In this document: positions 9,745-21,345 of the stretch, in pieces
Layout: every line of letters begins with the position of its first letter
Numbering within the stretch: position 1 is the stretch's first letter
Source of the DNA: Terriglobia bacterium
Lineage (GTDB): Bacteria > Acidobacteriota > Terriglobia > Bryobacterales > Bryobacteraceae
Length of the DNA: 64,000 bases
Assembly: GCA_963809655.1 (NCBI GenBank)
Contig: CAWEKQ010000047.1
Coordinates: forward strand, 2,523 to 66,522
Direction: 5' to 3'
Translations under genes and position numbers: made by a program
The notes under the pieces: model-generated
The model's database searches: none
The model's input: the letters and a program-made list of their open reading frames with translations, nothing else
Told to the model about the DNA's origin: nothing

Positions 9745-11478
9745 TTGACGCTGAACCAGGCTTTAGCAATCATCAATTCCAGTAAGCGCACCGGCGCGAA
9801 GAAGGTTCATTACCTCGCTTGCGGGTTTGAGCCGCTTCATCTTGCAACTTTTCTGCAGGCGCATTTGTTCGAATGCCCGGGCCTGGACAATATCGAAGTT
9901 CAAAAGGGAATCTACGGAGATCTGCGGGGAAACATTGAGTCGGCTGCGGCGTCACCGGCAACTGCGGCTGCAGTCGGTGCTGGAGTGGAGTGACATCGAT
10001 CCGCGGCTCGGTCTGCGCAGCAGCGGAGGCTGGTCTCGTGAGGCCAAAGGCCGACATCGTCACCGAGTGCCGCACAGCGCTTCACGCAGCTTGAACCCGC
10101 GCTTGAGAACCTTGCCGCCCGAATGCCGGTGGCAGTCGCCGGGCCCATCTTGCCGTTGCCTCCCATCGGAAACACGATCCGGGCTCAGCGCAGCGTTCTG
10201 GAGTTGGAACTCGAGCAGCAGTTGGCCGCCTTCCTATTGCGGATCTCACGCTTTCCAGGAGTGCGAATCGTTGACGGCCCGCGGACCGAGCCGCTGATTC
10301 CATCTCCGGCGCGATTCGACGCGGGAATGGAGTTGCTCGCGGGCTTTCCCTACACGTTGCCCTTTGCCGCTGAACTGGCGAAATCGCTAGTCGATGTCTT
10401 GCACCAGCGGGCTCCTAAGAAAGGATTGATCACCGATCTCGACGAAACGTTCTGGTCGGGAATCGTGGGCGAGGTGGGAGTCGACGGCGTGTCATGGAGT
10501 CAGGAAAACCACACCCAGACTCACGGCCTCTACCAGCAAATGCTCGGCCATCTGGCCGCGTGCGGCGTTTTGCTGGCTGTGTGCTCGAAAAACGAATTGA
10601 CCACGGTCGAAGCTGCGCTCGCCCGTAAAGATCTGTTGCTGGACTCGGCGTCGCTGTTTCCCGTATGTGCCGGCTGGGGGACGAAGTCGGCTTCCGTAGG
10701 TCAGATTCTGCGAACGTGGAATATCGGCGCGGATGCTGTTGTTTTCGTGGATGATAATCCCATGGAACTTGCCGAGGTGCAACAGGCGTTTCCCGGTATC
10801 ACCGCCCTGCAGTTCCGGGGAAAGAGCCCGGCTCAGGTATGGAATCTTCTCGGTGAATTGCGCGATCTTTTCGGTAAGCCGCATCTGACGGAGGAAGACG
10901 CCTTCCGGCAGTTGAGTATCCGCACGTCCGCGCAAATTGAGGAACTGGGAGAAGAGGCGGCAACTCCCGAGTTTCTGCAAAGCCTCCAGGGAGCGGTGAC
11001 CGTATCCTGGCGCGTGGAATCTTCCGACAAGCGGCCGCTTGAGCTGATCAATAAAACAAACCAATTCAACCTTAACGGCCTCCGAATCGAAGAAGGTGAA
11101 TGGCAGCGCCGGATGGACGACTCGAATACGATCCTCGCTGTTGTCTCCTATCGGGATAAGTTCGGCCCCCTGGGGAAGATCGCAGTGGTCCTTGGTCATA
11201 AGACGGGTGAGAAAGTCGCGATTTCGCATTGGGTCATGAGCTGCCGGGCCTTTTCCCGCCGAATCGAGCACCACACGCTCGATTGGTTCTTTCGCCATTC
11301 AAACGCGGAGGAAGTCGAGTTTGCCTTCCAGGTCACGGAAAAGAACCAACCCCTGCGCAAGTTCTTCGAAGCCATCGGCGTTCGCCCGGGACCCGATGGG
11401 ACCCACCGAATCACACGGGCCCAATTCTTATCGCAATGCGGGCCATTGCCGCATCACATTCCGGAGATCGAACAATGA
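9745..11478 (+). pseudogene. FkbH-like protein (HAD-IIIC phosphatase/acyl-loading family), copy 1, about 3 clustered frameshifts
   Basis: ORFs 9745..9993, 9827..10297 (middle part) and 10123..11478. Frames go 1->2->0->1 between about 9985 and 10090. Motifs LITDLDETFWSG (HAD DxDxT), LAVCSKN, VFVDDNP, LINKTNQFNLNG and WVMSCRAFSRRIEH. Confidence 0.85.
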
Positions 11479-11718
11479 ACGAAATCGAAACAAAGAGTCG
11501 CCCGTTGTTTCACCAACGTGTTTCCCGATCTGTCGCCGGATGAGATGGCCGCGGCGAGCACATCGTCGCTTGCCGCCTGGGACTCCATAGCTCAAGTCAC
11601 TTTGCTTTCCTCCATAGCGGAGGAGTTCGGTCAGCCCTTCGAACTGGAGGATTTCGAAGAGCTGGTTTCCTACCGGCTGATCGTCGATCACCTGGAGAAT
11701 CAACCGCGCAATGCGTGA
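11475..11718 (+). pseudogene. Acyl carrier protein 1, one frameshift near codon 8
   Basis: ATG at 11475 overlaps the FkbH stop (ATGA). MNEIETK then shifts into VARCFTNVFPDLSPDEM..LAAWDSIAQVTLLSSIAEEFG (ORF 11518..11718). AWDS is the phosphopantetheine Ser motif. The N-terminus parallels ACP2 (LLNCFQTVFPGMPD). Confidence 0.8.
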
Positions 11719-12886
11719 GCCGCGCCTGTTCGTCGCGGCGGATCTGCGAACCGGCCTGCAGGCGGAATTCGAGCGAGACATCACGGTCGCTGACGTTGCC
11801 GCGTTCGCGGACCTCTCCCACGACTGGAACCCCTTACACATCGATGAGGATTACGCGCGGGGGACAAACTACGGCAAACGAATCGTACATGGAGCGTTCC
11901 AGGTAGGTCTGGCTTCGGCCATGACAGGGATGTATCTGCCCGGCCGTGAGGTTGTGGTCGGCGGGTTTCAATGCCGCTTTCCGGCCCCGTTGTTCTACCC
12001 TTCTCGTGTTCGGGTGCAGGGCGAAATTACGGTCTGGGATCCTCAATCGGCGCGCGGAACGTTGCGAGTACGCGTGGTCGAGAGTGGCGCCGGAATTCTT
12101 ACCTCTGAAATACACGTCTCCTTTTCTCTGCATGAGACGCGTTCGGCTTCCACGCGTGAACCACAAGACCAGAAACCGCAAGCGGAGGGCAAGTCGATCG
12201 TGTTGCTCACGGGCGCGAGTGGAGGTCTGGGTCAGAGGATTGTTGCGGTGCTTTCGGAGTCCTACCAGGTAATCGGTATGGCAAGGTCGCGCCCGCCGGA
12301 ACCAAATGATGGCGGCATGGAATGGATCGAATCCGATCTTGCCGCGGACGATTGGGAAACGATGGCGGAACGGCAACTGCAGGGCCGGCGAATTTACGGC
12401 CTGGTGCACGCAGCCTGGCCGCCTGGCCCACAGGGCGGGCTTCTTGAAGTGGAGATCGATGCGGTCAAAGCCCAACTTGAATTCGGCGGAGCGGGCACTA
12501 TCCGGGTAGCCCGGTTCCTGCGATCGCATGCCGCCGCGGGCGGCGCGCGGTTAGTTGTACTGGGAACTACTGCGGCCACCATCAAGCCGGTTCTTGGTAT
12601 GGCCGCCTACTCTCTGGGCAAAGCGGCGCTCGAACATACGGTACGTCTGCTGGCCCCGGAACTGGCCCGTGCCAACATCACCATTAATACGATCGCGCCG
12701 TCATTTGTTCATGCCGGCATGAACGCTTCAAAGACGAACCGGGTGATTCTGACTGAGACCGCGAAAGTCCCTTTGGGGAAGCTGTGTTCGCCCGAGGATG
12801 TCGCGCACACGGCAGATTTCCTCCTGTCTCCGGGAGCTGCTTTCATCACGGGGCAAACGTTGTCGCTTACCGGAGGGCAACTGTGA
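11711..12886 (+). CDS. MaoC-like (R)-hydratase / short-chain dehydrogenase-reductase fusion protein
   Basis: The N-terminal hot-dog domain has FADLSHDWNPLHID. The C-terminal SDR has VLLTGASGGLGQ and AYSLGKAALEH (YxxxK). Intact 391-aa ORF. Confidence 0.85.
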   Translation: MREPRLFVAADLRTGLQAEFERDITVADVAAFADLSHDWNPLHIDEDYARGTNYGKRIVHGAFQVGLASAMTGMYLPGREVVVGGFQCRFPAPLFYPSRVRVQGEITVWDPQSARGTLRVRVVESGAGILTSEIHVSFSLHETRSASTREPQDQKPQAEGKSIVLLTGASGGLGQRIVAVLSESYQVIGMARSRPPEPNDGGMEWIESDLAADDWETMAERQLQGRRIYGLVHAAWPPGPQGGLLEVEIDAVKAQLEFGGAGTIRVARFLRSHAAAGGARLVVLGTTAATIKPVLGMAAYSLGKAALEHTVRLLAPELARANITINTIAPSFVHAGMNASKTNRVILTETAKVPLGKLCSPEDVAHTADFLLSPGAAFITGQTLSLTGGQL

Positions 12887-12889
12887 GCC

Positions 12890-13132
12890 TCAGGATGGTA
12901 ACAGCTTCTCTTTCAGATAAAAATCGATCAATTGGAACGAATTGAGCTTCTCGATCCGCTCGTAGTCCATTTGTAAGCTGAACTCGTCCTCGATCACGGC
13001 GACCAGATTGATTGTGGCCAGCGAATCCCACGCCGGGGTGGAATCCTGCGTGGCTTCCTTGATCGTCGCGTCGGGCATTCCGGGAAACACTGTTTGAAAA
13101 CAGTTCAAGAGTCTCGGCGTAATGTTATCCAT
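12890..13132 (-). CDS. Acyl carrier protein 2
   Basis: ORF 12890..13192, likely start MDNITPR at 13132. Its start overlaps the FkbH copy-2 stop by 8 nt (ATGGATAA). TPAWDSLATINLVAVIEDEF carries the Ser attachment motif. Confidence 0.85.
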   Translation of the reverse strand: MDNITPRLLNCFQTVFPGMPDATIKEATQDSTPAWDSLATINLVAVIEDEFSLQMDYERIEKLNSFQLIDFYLKEKLLPS

Positions 13133-14870
13133 CGATGTCTTTTTCCGTATATTGGCGTACCTGGTGAAAAAGCTTCGGGCAAGCAGCTTCAAAGGTGTCT
13201 CTGGTCAGGGTGATCGGCCCGTCAGGTTTGTCCGGACTCCACGTATGAAAGAACTCCCGAAGCGGGCCATTCTTATCAGTGGGTTTGAGGTCGAAAATCA
13301 TTTTGTCGACCTGGAGCCGATCGAATAGAGTCCGGAGACACTGATGCTCGACCCGCCGCGAGAAGGCGCGGCAACTCATGACCCATGAACTTACGTGAAG
13401 CGCGTCGTTTTCGCGACTGCCCAGGATCACACATATTTTTCCCAGCGGCCCGAACTTGTCTTCATAACTCACAACCGCCAGCACGCTGCCGGGATGTGCT
13501 GTCCGGCCAAGCCAGTCCTGCTCAGTCAGGCGCACACCGTTGAGATTGAACTGATTGGTCTTGTTGACAAGCTCCAAAGCGCGAGGGTCGCGCTCTCCTG
13601 TGCGGAAGTCGAAAGTGACGGTGGCCATTGCCGCTTCCAGAAAACTCTCAGGTGTAGAACTCTCCTCGGACTCGCGCTGAAATTCGGCGCCCCGGCGGAT
13701 GCTGTCCAGCCGCAGGCGCATCTTCCGGCGAACTGGCTCTTTTCCGCATAGATCGCGAATCTGTGTCAGCATGCGCATCCCCGCGGCGTAATCGTTTCCC
13801 GGAAACTGAATGCATTGGATGCCCGGGTGCGCGGCCGCTACTTCCGCGAGCTCGAGCGGGCTGTTGTCCACGAAGATAACGCTGTCGGCCGCGATGTTCC
13901 ATTTCTTCAGAATTCGACTGACCGAACCGGATTTCGCCTGCCAGTGCACCTCGAAAGGAAATACCTTCCCCGATTGCAGAATGATGTCCGTACGTTGAAA
14001 GCATTTCTCGACCACCAGCGGATCGTTCTTGCTCGCGACGCCAACGTCAGAACTCCCTGTTCGGAGAAGAGGAAAGCAGGTTCTGGTAAAGGGCATGCAG
14101 GTGATGCTTCGCGCTCAGATCCCAGCTGATTCCGTCCGGTCCGACTTCGCCCGCGAGCCCGTTCCAGAGCGTGTCGTCCAGATCCGTGATAATTCCCTTC
14201 CTCGGCGCGGGCGGGGACATAAGACGTGCGTGCGCCGCGGCGAGCGCATGGGCGTGCGCAATCGTATAGGGGAAGCCGACAGTCAGTTCCGATTTCAGGT
14301 CGAAACGCGCGGCCGGCGGGGATCCTCGGCCAGGCGCCACTGATTGACTGATCGACAAGCCGCGCCGTCCGCAGATACTGGCGCAGAACGAGGCGAGCAC
14401 GTGATTCAGCCGGATCTCGACGCTCTCGGTTTGCCAGCCCGGCGTTTGAAAAACGGGGGGAGTGGAAGTCCGGCAGTGAGAGATAATGCGACATGCCCTC
14501 GGGAATTTCCTCAATCGCGACGCGAATCCGTTCCAGCGTCTTTTCCGCGGCGTGCAGAATGTCCTCGGTTCCGGCGGCGCTCCAGCGGGCGGTTGACCGG
14601 TAGTCCAATCGGGAGTCCAGATCCGGCGATTCGACGGCGACGGCGACTCCTTGCGGAGCAGTCGTGGTCGTTCGCTCCAGGGTGCCGCAAAGATCGCCGT
14701 ATAATCCTTCCGAAACCGTGACGAGGCGGTCGGGAAGAGCCTGTTGCAGATGAGCGTGGAGAAAAGTCTTGAAGTGCAGCGACGCAAAACCAACGGCCAA
14801 AACGATCGGAAACCGTGCTACCCCCGGTATCGGCTCCCTGGATTATTTTAAGCGCCTCAGTAACTCTCAA
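13125..14870 (-). pseudogene. FkbH-like protein, copy 2, at least 3 frameshifts
   Basis: Fragments 14511..14870 (MRVTEALKIIQGADTGG), 13907..14800, 14047..14793 (..GIITDLDDTLWNGLAGEVGPDGISW) and 13125..14096 (..IFVDNSP, LVNKTNQFNLNG, WVMSCRAFSRRVEH). Roughly 40-50% identical to copy 1 by eye. Confidence 0.85.
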
Positions 14871-14935
14871 GACCTTATTTTACAGGGTCGGTCATCGCGC
14901 GTTCGCCGCGAGTCACAGGCCCCTTATACTGAGAC

Positions 14936-16038
14936 GTGGGAGAAGTTCGGGCATTTTCGGAAGAACATGTGCGCGACGCGGCCGATCTCTATCTTGAGAT
15001 CGATGCTAGGGGACAAAAGCGTCCCGCCCCGCAGTCGCTCCAGGACTACTTCCGGGACATCTTCCACCGTAACCCCTGGGTTACCCCGACATCCCGTCCC
15101 TCGTTTACATCGACGACGGAAAGCTTACCGGTTTCCTTGGCGTGATCCCGAGACCGATGCAGTTTCGGGGGCGTTCCATTCGCGCGGCAGTGGTGGCCCA
15201 GTTCATGGTGGAAACCAGGCCGTATCGTGGCCCGGCGGCTATCGAAATCATGCGGCACCTGCTCCGCGGTCCCCAGGAAATAACGTTTACCGACGGGGCC
15301 GGCGAAGACGCCAGTCTCGTTTGGGTTGCCGGAGGCGCTCGCGTCGCTCGTCTGTACTCATTCAACTGGATTCGATTGTTGCGTCCCTTCGAAGCGGGTC
15401 GCGGCATGTTCGATCGAATGGGCGGCGCTTCCGGTGTCTTGAAGAGCGCGTCTGGTCTCCTGGCGAGCCCGCTGGATTTCCTGTTGTCCAAGGTGCCCGT
15501 GGCAATGTTACGGAAGCCCGCATCGAAGTATGTTTCAAGAGTGGTATCCCCCGCGGAGTTATTTGAAAGTATTCAGGAATTCGGCGGGCGAGAGCCTTTG
15601 AAGCCGGCTTACGCATTATCTGATTTCACCTGGTTGATGTCTGAAGCCTCGAAAAGCGTCGATGGGTTCCTCAGAATGATGACAGTACATAGCGCCGACG
15701 GAAGCCGCTACGGCTCTTTTGTGTACCACGCCAGGCCGCACAGCTCCGCCTATGTGCTTCAGATAGGATGGCGGCGCCGGGACCATTTTCCCGAAATATT
15801 GACAGCTTTATTCGAAGATGCGTGGAACCAGGGGGTGTACGCGGTTAAGGGACAGGCGATTCCCAAATTCCTGCCTCAGATGTCCGAACAGTACTGCTTG
15901 TTTAGTCAACTTAACTCGTGCGTAGTGGGTTACGCGAAAGATCAGGACTTGATGAACTCATTTCTGCTGGGGGACACAGCCATGTCACGACTCGATGGCG
16001 AGTGCTGGCTTCGCTTTCCTCTGGATGCCTGGGCCTGA
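14936..16038 (+). pseudogene. Large GNAT-type acyltransferase-like protein, one frameshift
   Basis: ORFs 14936..15145 and 15142..16038 join as ..FHRNPWVTP / DIPSLVYIDDGKLTGFLGVIPRPMQFRGRSIRAAVVAQFMVE. The junction is at a CCCC run (15084-15087). The family call rests on the GNAT-like core pattern only. Confidence 0.55.
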
Positions 16039-16061
16039 TTTGTCAGGCGCCTGGCCTCAGG

Positions 16062-16910
16062 TCAGGCAAGTTTGACCGCAATCCGCGCCGAGTGATCAAT
16101 GCGGCTTAACAAAAGGGACGACCCATGCGCAGCAAGGTATTCGTCCGTGGCTTTCCGGGAGCCTTGCCAGTGGCCATAATCGTCGATGATCAGAACTCCA
16201 CCGATGGACAGCCGCGGATAAAGATGCTCCAATTCGTGACGCGTTGAGGCGTACCAATCGGTATCCAGGCGCAACATCGCGATCTTTTCCGGGGCCTGCG
16301 CCGGGATGGTCTCCTCGACCTTGCCCTTTATGAAACCGATTCGCTGGCTGTCATACCTCGTCTTCGTCATGTTTGCCCGAACATCCGCGAGGTCTGCGAA
16401 ACAACTCAGGGACGTATCGTCCCCTGTTTGCTGGACCGCGAAAGTAGCCATAGCCGGGTTCCCGTTGTAGTCAACATCCACGGACTCAGGCCTGGGCATT
16501 CCCTCGAATGTATCGAACAAGTAGAGGTCCCGATCGGAACAAGTCAACTCGTTCAGGGCGAGTGCAGCCGTCATCATACTCCCCCCACGCCAAACACCGC
16601 ACTCGACAAAAGCTCCTGGAATCCTCTGCCGAACAAGGTAACGCACGGCCTCGATGAGGGCGTAGATGCGCTCCGGAGGAGTCATGGTATAGGGTCGAAC
16701 TGTATCGATAATCGAGATATGGCTGGGGGTGAAATCCGGTGGGTACGACCGGATGGGTTCCGGATGGTACGGGACAACCTCGTAGCCGGCCTTCCGAATG
16801 ATGCGTTTGACACTCCGGGCCAGAACCCGCTTGGTCTGAAGAGCAGCTTTCTTCCATCGCCACGACAAACTTTTATCGGGGGCACTCGAGGACATCGTGC
16901 CCATTCTCAC
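16062..16910 (-). CDS. TylF/MycF-family O-methyltransferase
   Basis: GAFVECGVWRGGSMM, LYLFDTFEGMPRP and LRLDTDWYASTRHELEHLYPRLSIGGVLIIDDY. Intact 282-aa ORF. Confidence 0.85.
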   Translation of the reverse strand: MRMGTMSSSAPDKSLSWRWKKAALQTKRVLARSVKRIIRKAGYEVVPYHPEPIRSYPPDFTPSHISIIDTVRPYTMTPPERIYALIEAVRYLVRQRIPGAFVECGVWRGGSMMTAALALNELTCSDRDLYLFDTFEGMPRPESVDVDYNGNPAMATFAVQQTGDDTSLSCFADLADVRANMTKTRYDSQRIGFIKGKVEETIPAQAPEKIAMLRLDTDWYASTRHELEHLYPRLSIGGVLIIDDYGHWQGSRKATDEYLAAHGSSLLLSRIDHSARIAVKLA

Positions 16911-16944
16911 ACACGTCGCCGAGAGGTTTTGAGTTCGCGTTCGA

Positions 16945-18148
16945 TCAGAAGGTATCGAAAACGGAAAAATCCCACGAGTCGGCGGCGGACAGCGCTCCGG
17001 CGAGGCCGGGAGAAGCCGCCTTGTAATACAGCTGCCAGATGGCTAAACGATAGGTGTAGGGCTTCAAATCGTCGGCGGGAGCGCGCTTTGCAGGCATGCC
17101 GGACATGAATTTGACTGCGTCCACGCCGTCTTCGCGAGCGATTTTTATCGCTCCGAGCAAAAGATTCCCTGGTGACTTCGGGATCTTCGTGCAGCGACTG
17201 AAGATCGGCTATGTCGTACAGCGTCATACCCAACTCTGAACCAGGCCGGCGTACCAGCAAGGCATAACCCACCAGGACTCCCCCGGGCTCGGCCGTGACA
17301 ATCGCAATGCGGCCATCCCTGAGTTCGTTACGGAACCGCCATTCCAAAACGGCCCTTGTTCGCACGGCGCGCAGGCGCGCCGTGCCCGTGCGGAGGCCTT
17401 GCCAGAGCGTGTCGAACCGGTCGTCGAATTCGCGGCTCCGGCGGATGGGAAGGGAGGGGCGTCCTCTGCCACTTTGGCGAACCATGTCTCTGAGGAGCAG
17501 AAGCAGCCCGGCCGGCCATGCCCATACCGCGGCGCCCGGGGTGCCTCTTCTCAACAGAATCGCTTTCGCGAAGGCCCGCGGGCGGGCGGCCCAGAAGCAG
17601 GGAATCCCGTAGTCAGGCACAGGGATGCGCGCGATTCTCATGGCTGTCAGAACCTGAGCCGTAGTCGGATTGGCACTGACGTTGAGCAGGAGATCGATTC
17701 CTTTTTGCCGGAAGAATGCAATCATGAGTTGCAGTGCCTTGCCGCGATACCCCATGTCTACCGCCCACCCGGAGGCGATAGCTGCTCTAATCGGCATCCC
17801 TTCGAATTCGTAAAGCATGTGCACGTTATCAAGACACCCGACAATCGAGCCATCGTCTGTTTCGAGGACCCATCCGATCGGAACATCCTGAAACTCTTTC
17901 TCAAGCGGATAGGATTCCCACGTGTCTCGCCAGACGGATTCACTTCCGCTGCCACCGTTTCGCTCTTGAACGTGGCAAACGGCTGCAGCATCCTCGAAGG
18001 TCGCCGGTCTCAATCGGAGCGCGGCTTGTGATCTCGCTTGATTCAACTTGTCCCAGGTCGGAAATCCGAAGTCCACGGGAAATCGCCTCGGCAATCCGGA
18101 TTGCTCGCGCACATAAACGGAGTCTATAAAACTTCCAGCGCAATACAT
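16945..18148 (-). pseudogene. Large GNAT-type acyltransferase-like protein, one frameshift near the C-terminus
   Basis: ORF 16907..18148 (RLRPATFEDAAAV..IRAAIASGWAVDMGYRGKALQLM) turns Arg-rich after about 17180. Frame 16945..17160 (LGAIKIAREDGVDAVKFMSG..) gives a sensible C-terminus. Confidence 0.55.
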
Positions 18149-18592
18149 AATAACAGTGAAAGGTTTCTATCTTTGATTGGCCTTGGCGGGTTGGCCAGTA
18201 TACTCACGGTAAATTGATTCATTCGATTACGCTTTAAATCCCACCCGCAACTGCAAAGTCACGGTGTTTCTGAGCGGGCATGCAATAGCCGAAGCGGATG
18301 CGGGCGTCCAGCGATGCGGTCTGTGCCTATGACTGGCGCATGAGGGCTGGCGAGATCTTGATTCCGAAAAAGCGGACTTTCGCCGTGCAATTCGTGTCCT
18401 TGAAAACGTGCGTCTCGCACCCCTTCCAGAAGCGCAGCCGTTGCTTCAGCCAGCCTCGATATCCGGCCGGGGTATGGCCTGATGATTCCTTGAAACCTGT
18501 GCCGGTCGACATCCTGGCAACGGAAATGGCTTCGCAAACGACGATGCTATGATCGCAAGTGAGGTCACGCCCCCCTGTTCGTCCACTTTCAG

Positions 18593-20088
18593 TTGTCACG
18601 CCGGTATGGTGGATTTGCGATCGCCGCCTTTACCATACTTCTCGCGATCAGTTACTTGACACTTGACACACTGGCTACGGGAGGGAGGCGGTTGGCGAAG
18701 ATTACTGGCATAGATACCGTCGGCTATTTTGGCGTTACTCATTCGCTCCTTTTCGACCATGATTTCAATCTGAATAATGAGTATCAGCGAGTACCGCCGG
18801 CGGATCGCGAACTTACCAAAGTTCAAGCGAACACCGGGCTTCCTGCCAACCACTGGCCCATAGGCTACTCGTCTGGAAATCCCGTTTTCTGGCCTCCGGT
18901 ACGCTTCTCGATTGGGTTGCGGGAAACCCGCCCGACGGATATCGCGGTTTGCTCTTTATGGCTACGGACTGGGCAATACTTTTCTGACTGGCCTCGGGCT
19001 GTTCTTTTTATTCTTACTGCTGTGCGAAGTGGGACGGATGTGGGGTATTGGGGGCGGAAGCGCGGCCGGTTATGCCCTCTTTATTTCCTTCGCGACTTTT
19101 TTCGGAACCGACGTCGGTTATTACTCTTTTGCCCAACTGTCACATGCTTCCACTGCGCTATTTTCCAGTATATTTCTCTATTTATGGTGGAGAATACGCG
19201 CTACAAATCGCGCCATGCGATTGGTTTATTCTGGGATTTGCCGGAGGTTGTCTTTCTATTTGCCGCTGGCAGGACGGGGTATTTCTCGCCGGTCCGCTGC
19301 TTTTCGATGTTATGGGAAGAGAGCTCTGGACGAATCCATGGTCGTGGCTACGATCCAGATTGTTTTATGCCTTCGCGGTGGGCTTGTGCTGGGTACCGCA
19401 GCTCGTTGAGTGGAAGATCATCTATGGCAATTACCTGACGAATCCTTTCCAGGCCAACTATTCCACGTTTCCACCTCCTTTTGTGTGGCAGGTGCTGATG
19501 TCCCAGCCGGAATGGCTGGTTAGCATGGACGCCCTTGATCGTGCCAGGTCTCCTCGGGCTTGCTTACGGCGCTTTTCGGTACTTTCGCGTATACGCGCCG
19601 TGGGTCGCCGTTGTGGCTGCGGAAATCATTCTCGTCGGTTCCCTGAGCTTCTGGCATGGTACGGATTCGTTCAGCTCCCCGTTATTTGACGGCGACGGTC
19701 CCAGTTGTCTCATTGGGGTTGTTCACCTCGTTGTGCGCAGTAGCCATGACGGCGAGGAGAATGTTGATGGCGGCAATTGTTCTTTGCTGCGTGTTCAGCG
19801 TGCTATTTGCAATCCAACTCCGTTTGAACCTGATCCCGTCGTCTGAAACGCTGACTGCGAAGGAAGTGTTTCTCGAGCAAACTGTACCTGATGCGGGTGC
19901 GCAGACAGAAGGCCGCCGCTGGTACGCGCGACGACTTCGACAAGGGCGATGCCAAGTCTGCTATTCGGACACTTGAAGACGCCACGCCCGCGGGAGAGGA
20001 CCGCAACGTGTTGGGTTTGCTGGTCAATGCGTACCGAGTGAATGGCAACCCCGAAGGGAGCGGGCCACAAACGTTGAACAGCGGTTAG
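18593..20088 (+). pseudogene. Polytopic membrane protein, GT-C-like (possible glycan polymerase/transferase), about 5 frameshifts
   Basis: Overlapping fragments 18593..19438, 18912..19409, 19048..19689, 19535..19846, 19656..19976 and 19891..20088 each hold hydrophobic helices (FLTGLGLFFLFLLLCE, WFILGFAGG, MIVPGLLGLAYGAF). The tail is TPR-like. Lower GC than neighbours. Function is tentative. Confidence 0.4.
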
Positions 20089-20116
20089 AGCGCTATCTCG
20101 ATACGAGGCTGAACTA

Positions 20117-21345
20117 ATGAGCCAGGAGCGGCATATGCAGAACGATACGACCACAGGAAACGCCGTGGTGGTTGCGCCGTCTACGGGGGAGGTGGAGCTC
20201 TCGATCATCATGCCGTGCCTGAACGAAGCCGAGACCGTTCGAGACATGCACTTCGGAAGGCACGCGGTTTCCTGGCGAGCCGATGTCGACGGCGAGGTCG
20301 TAATCGGCGATAACGGTTCGACCGACGGCTCGCAGGCGCACGCGCACGGCGAGGGCCCGCGTCGTCGACGTGCCCGTCAGGGGCTACGGCACCGCCCTTA
20401 CCACGCGACCCTCGCGGCGCGCGGCCGATACGTCATCATCGGCGATTCCGACGACAGCTACGACTTCACGTCCTTGGCCCCCTTCCTCGAAAGCTCCGAG
20501 GGGGCCACGACCTGGTCATGGGCAATCGCTTCCTCGGCGGAATCCGGCCCGGCGCGATGCCGTGGAAGAATCGTTACATCGGCAACCCGATTCTCACCGG
20601 TATCGGGCCGATTGTTCTTCCGCTGCCCTGCGCGGGATTTCCATTGCGGCCTACGTGGCTATTCCGGCGCCGCTTTCCGGAGGATGGATCTGCAGACAAC
20701 GGGCATGGAATACGCCTCGGAAATGGTAATCAAGTCTAGCTTCTGGGTCTGCGCATCGTTGAAGTTCCCACCACGCTCGATCCCGACGGACGGAAACGCG
20801 GTCCGCACCTCCGTCCATGGCGCGACGGTTGGCGCCATCTGCGGTTCATGCTTCTTTACAGCCCCCGATGGCTTTTCCTTGTCCCCGGACTGCTCGCTAT
20901 GATTTTCGGCGTCGTCGGCATGGGGGTCCTTATGAGCGGGAACATCTCCATCGGGCACATTCACTTCGGCGTCCATACAATGCTTTATGCCGCGATGGCC
21001 GTTCTCGTCGGCTATCAGGCTGTTATGTTCAGCGTATTTACCAAAGTATTTGCAATCAGCGAGGGGCTTTTGCCCGAGGACGCCGCGCTGAACCGGATTT
21101 TCCGTTTCGTAACACTGGAGTCCGGCCTGATTTTTGGATGCGTGCTTATGGCGCTGAGCACCGCCGTAACTATTCTTGCATTTGCGGATTGGAGCGCTAA
21201 TTCGTTCGGGCAGCTTGAGCCGGAGAAGACGCTTCGGCTGGTCATTCCAGCAGCTTCCACATTTGTGTTTGGTATTCAAACTATCTTGTCTAGTTTTTTT
21301 CTGAGCGTCCTTGGATTGCGTATTCGACGTCATAGGGACTCATGA
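20117..21345 (+). pseudogene. Glycosyltransferase family 2 with C-terminal transmembrane domain, several locally compensated frameshifts
   Basis: The main frame has ELSIIMPCLNEAETV, VVIGDNGSTDGS, YVIIGDSDDSYDF, DFHCGLRGY and GMEYASEMVIK. Excursions occur into 20370..20729 (VPVRGYGTAL) and 20518..20739 (MGNRFLGGIRPGAMPWKNRYIGNPIL). The TM tail is ORF 20848..21345. Confidence 0.8.

Noticed and set aside
10492-12529. Long minus-strand ORFs 10492..11298 and 11834..12529 opposite FkbH1 and the MaoC-SDR gene.
   Set aside because: Typical GC-rich shadow ORFs (Arg/Gly/Pro-rich, no motifs) opposite strongly supported genes.
9745-14870. Polyketide or tetronate biosynthetic cluster as the context for the FkbH/ACP genes.
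   Set aside because: No ketosynthase, acyltransferase, thioesterase or condensation domain motifs anywhere in the window. All neighbours are glycan-assembly genes.
18327-18599. Small minus-strand ORF (possible start MSTGTGFKESSGH at 18512) in the divergent spacer between the GNAT-type gene and the GT-C-like gene.
   Set aside because: No family, no clear RBS, and it overlaps the start of the plus-strand membrane gene. It could be real but is unsupported.
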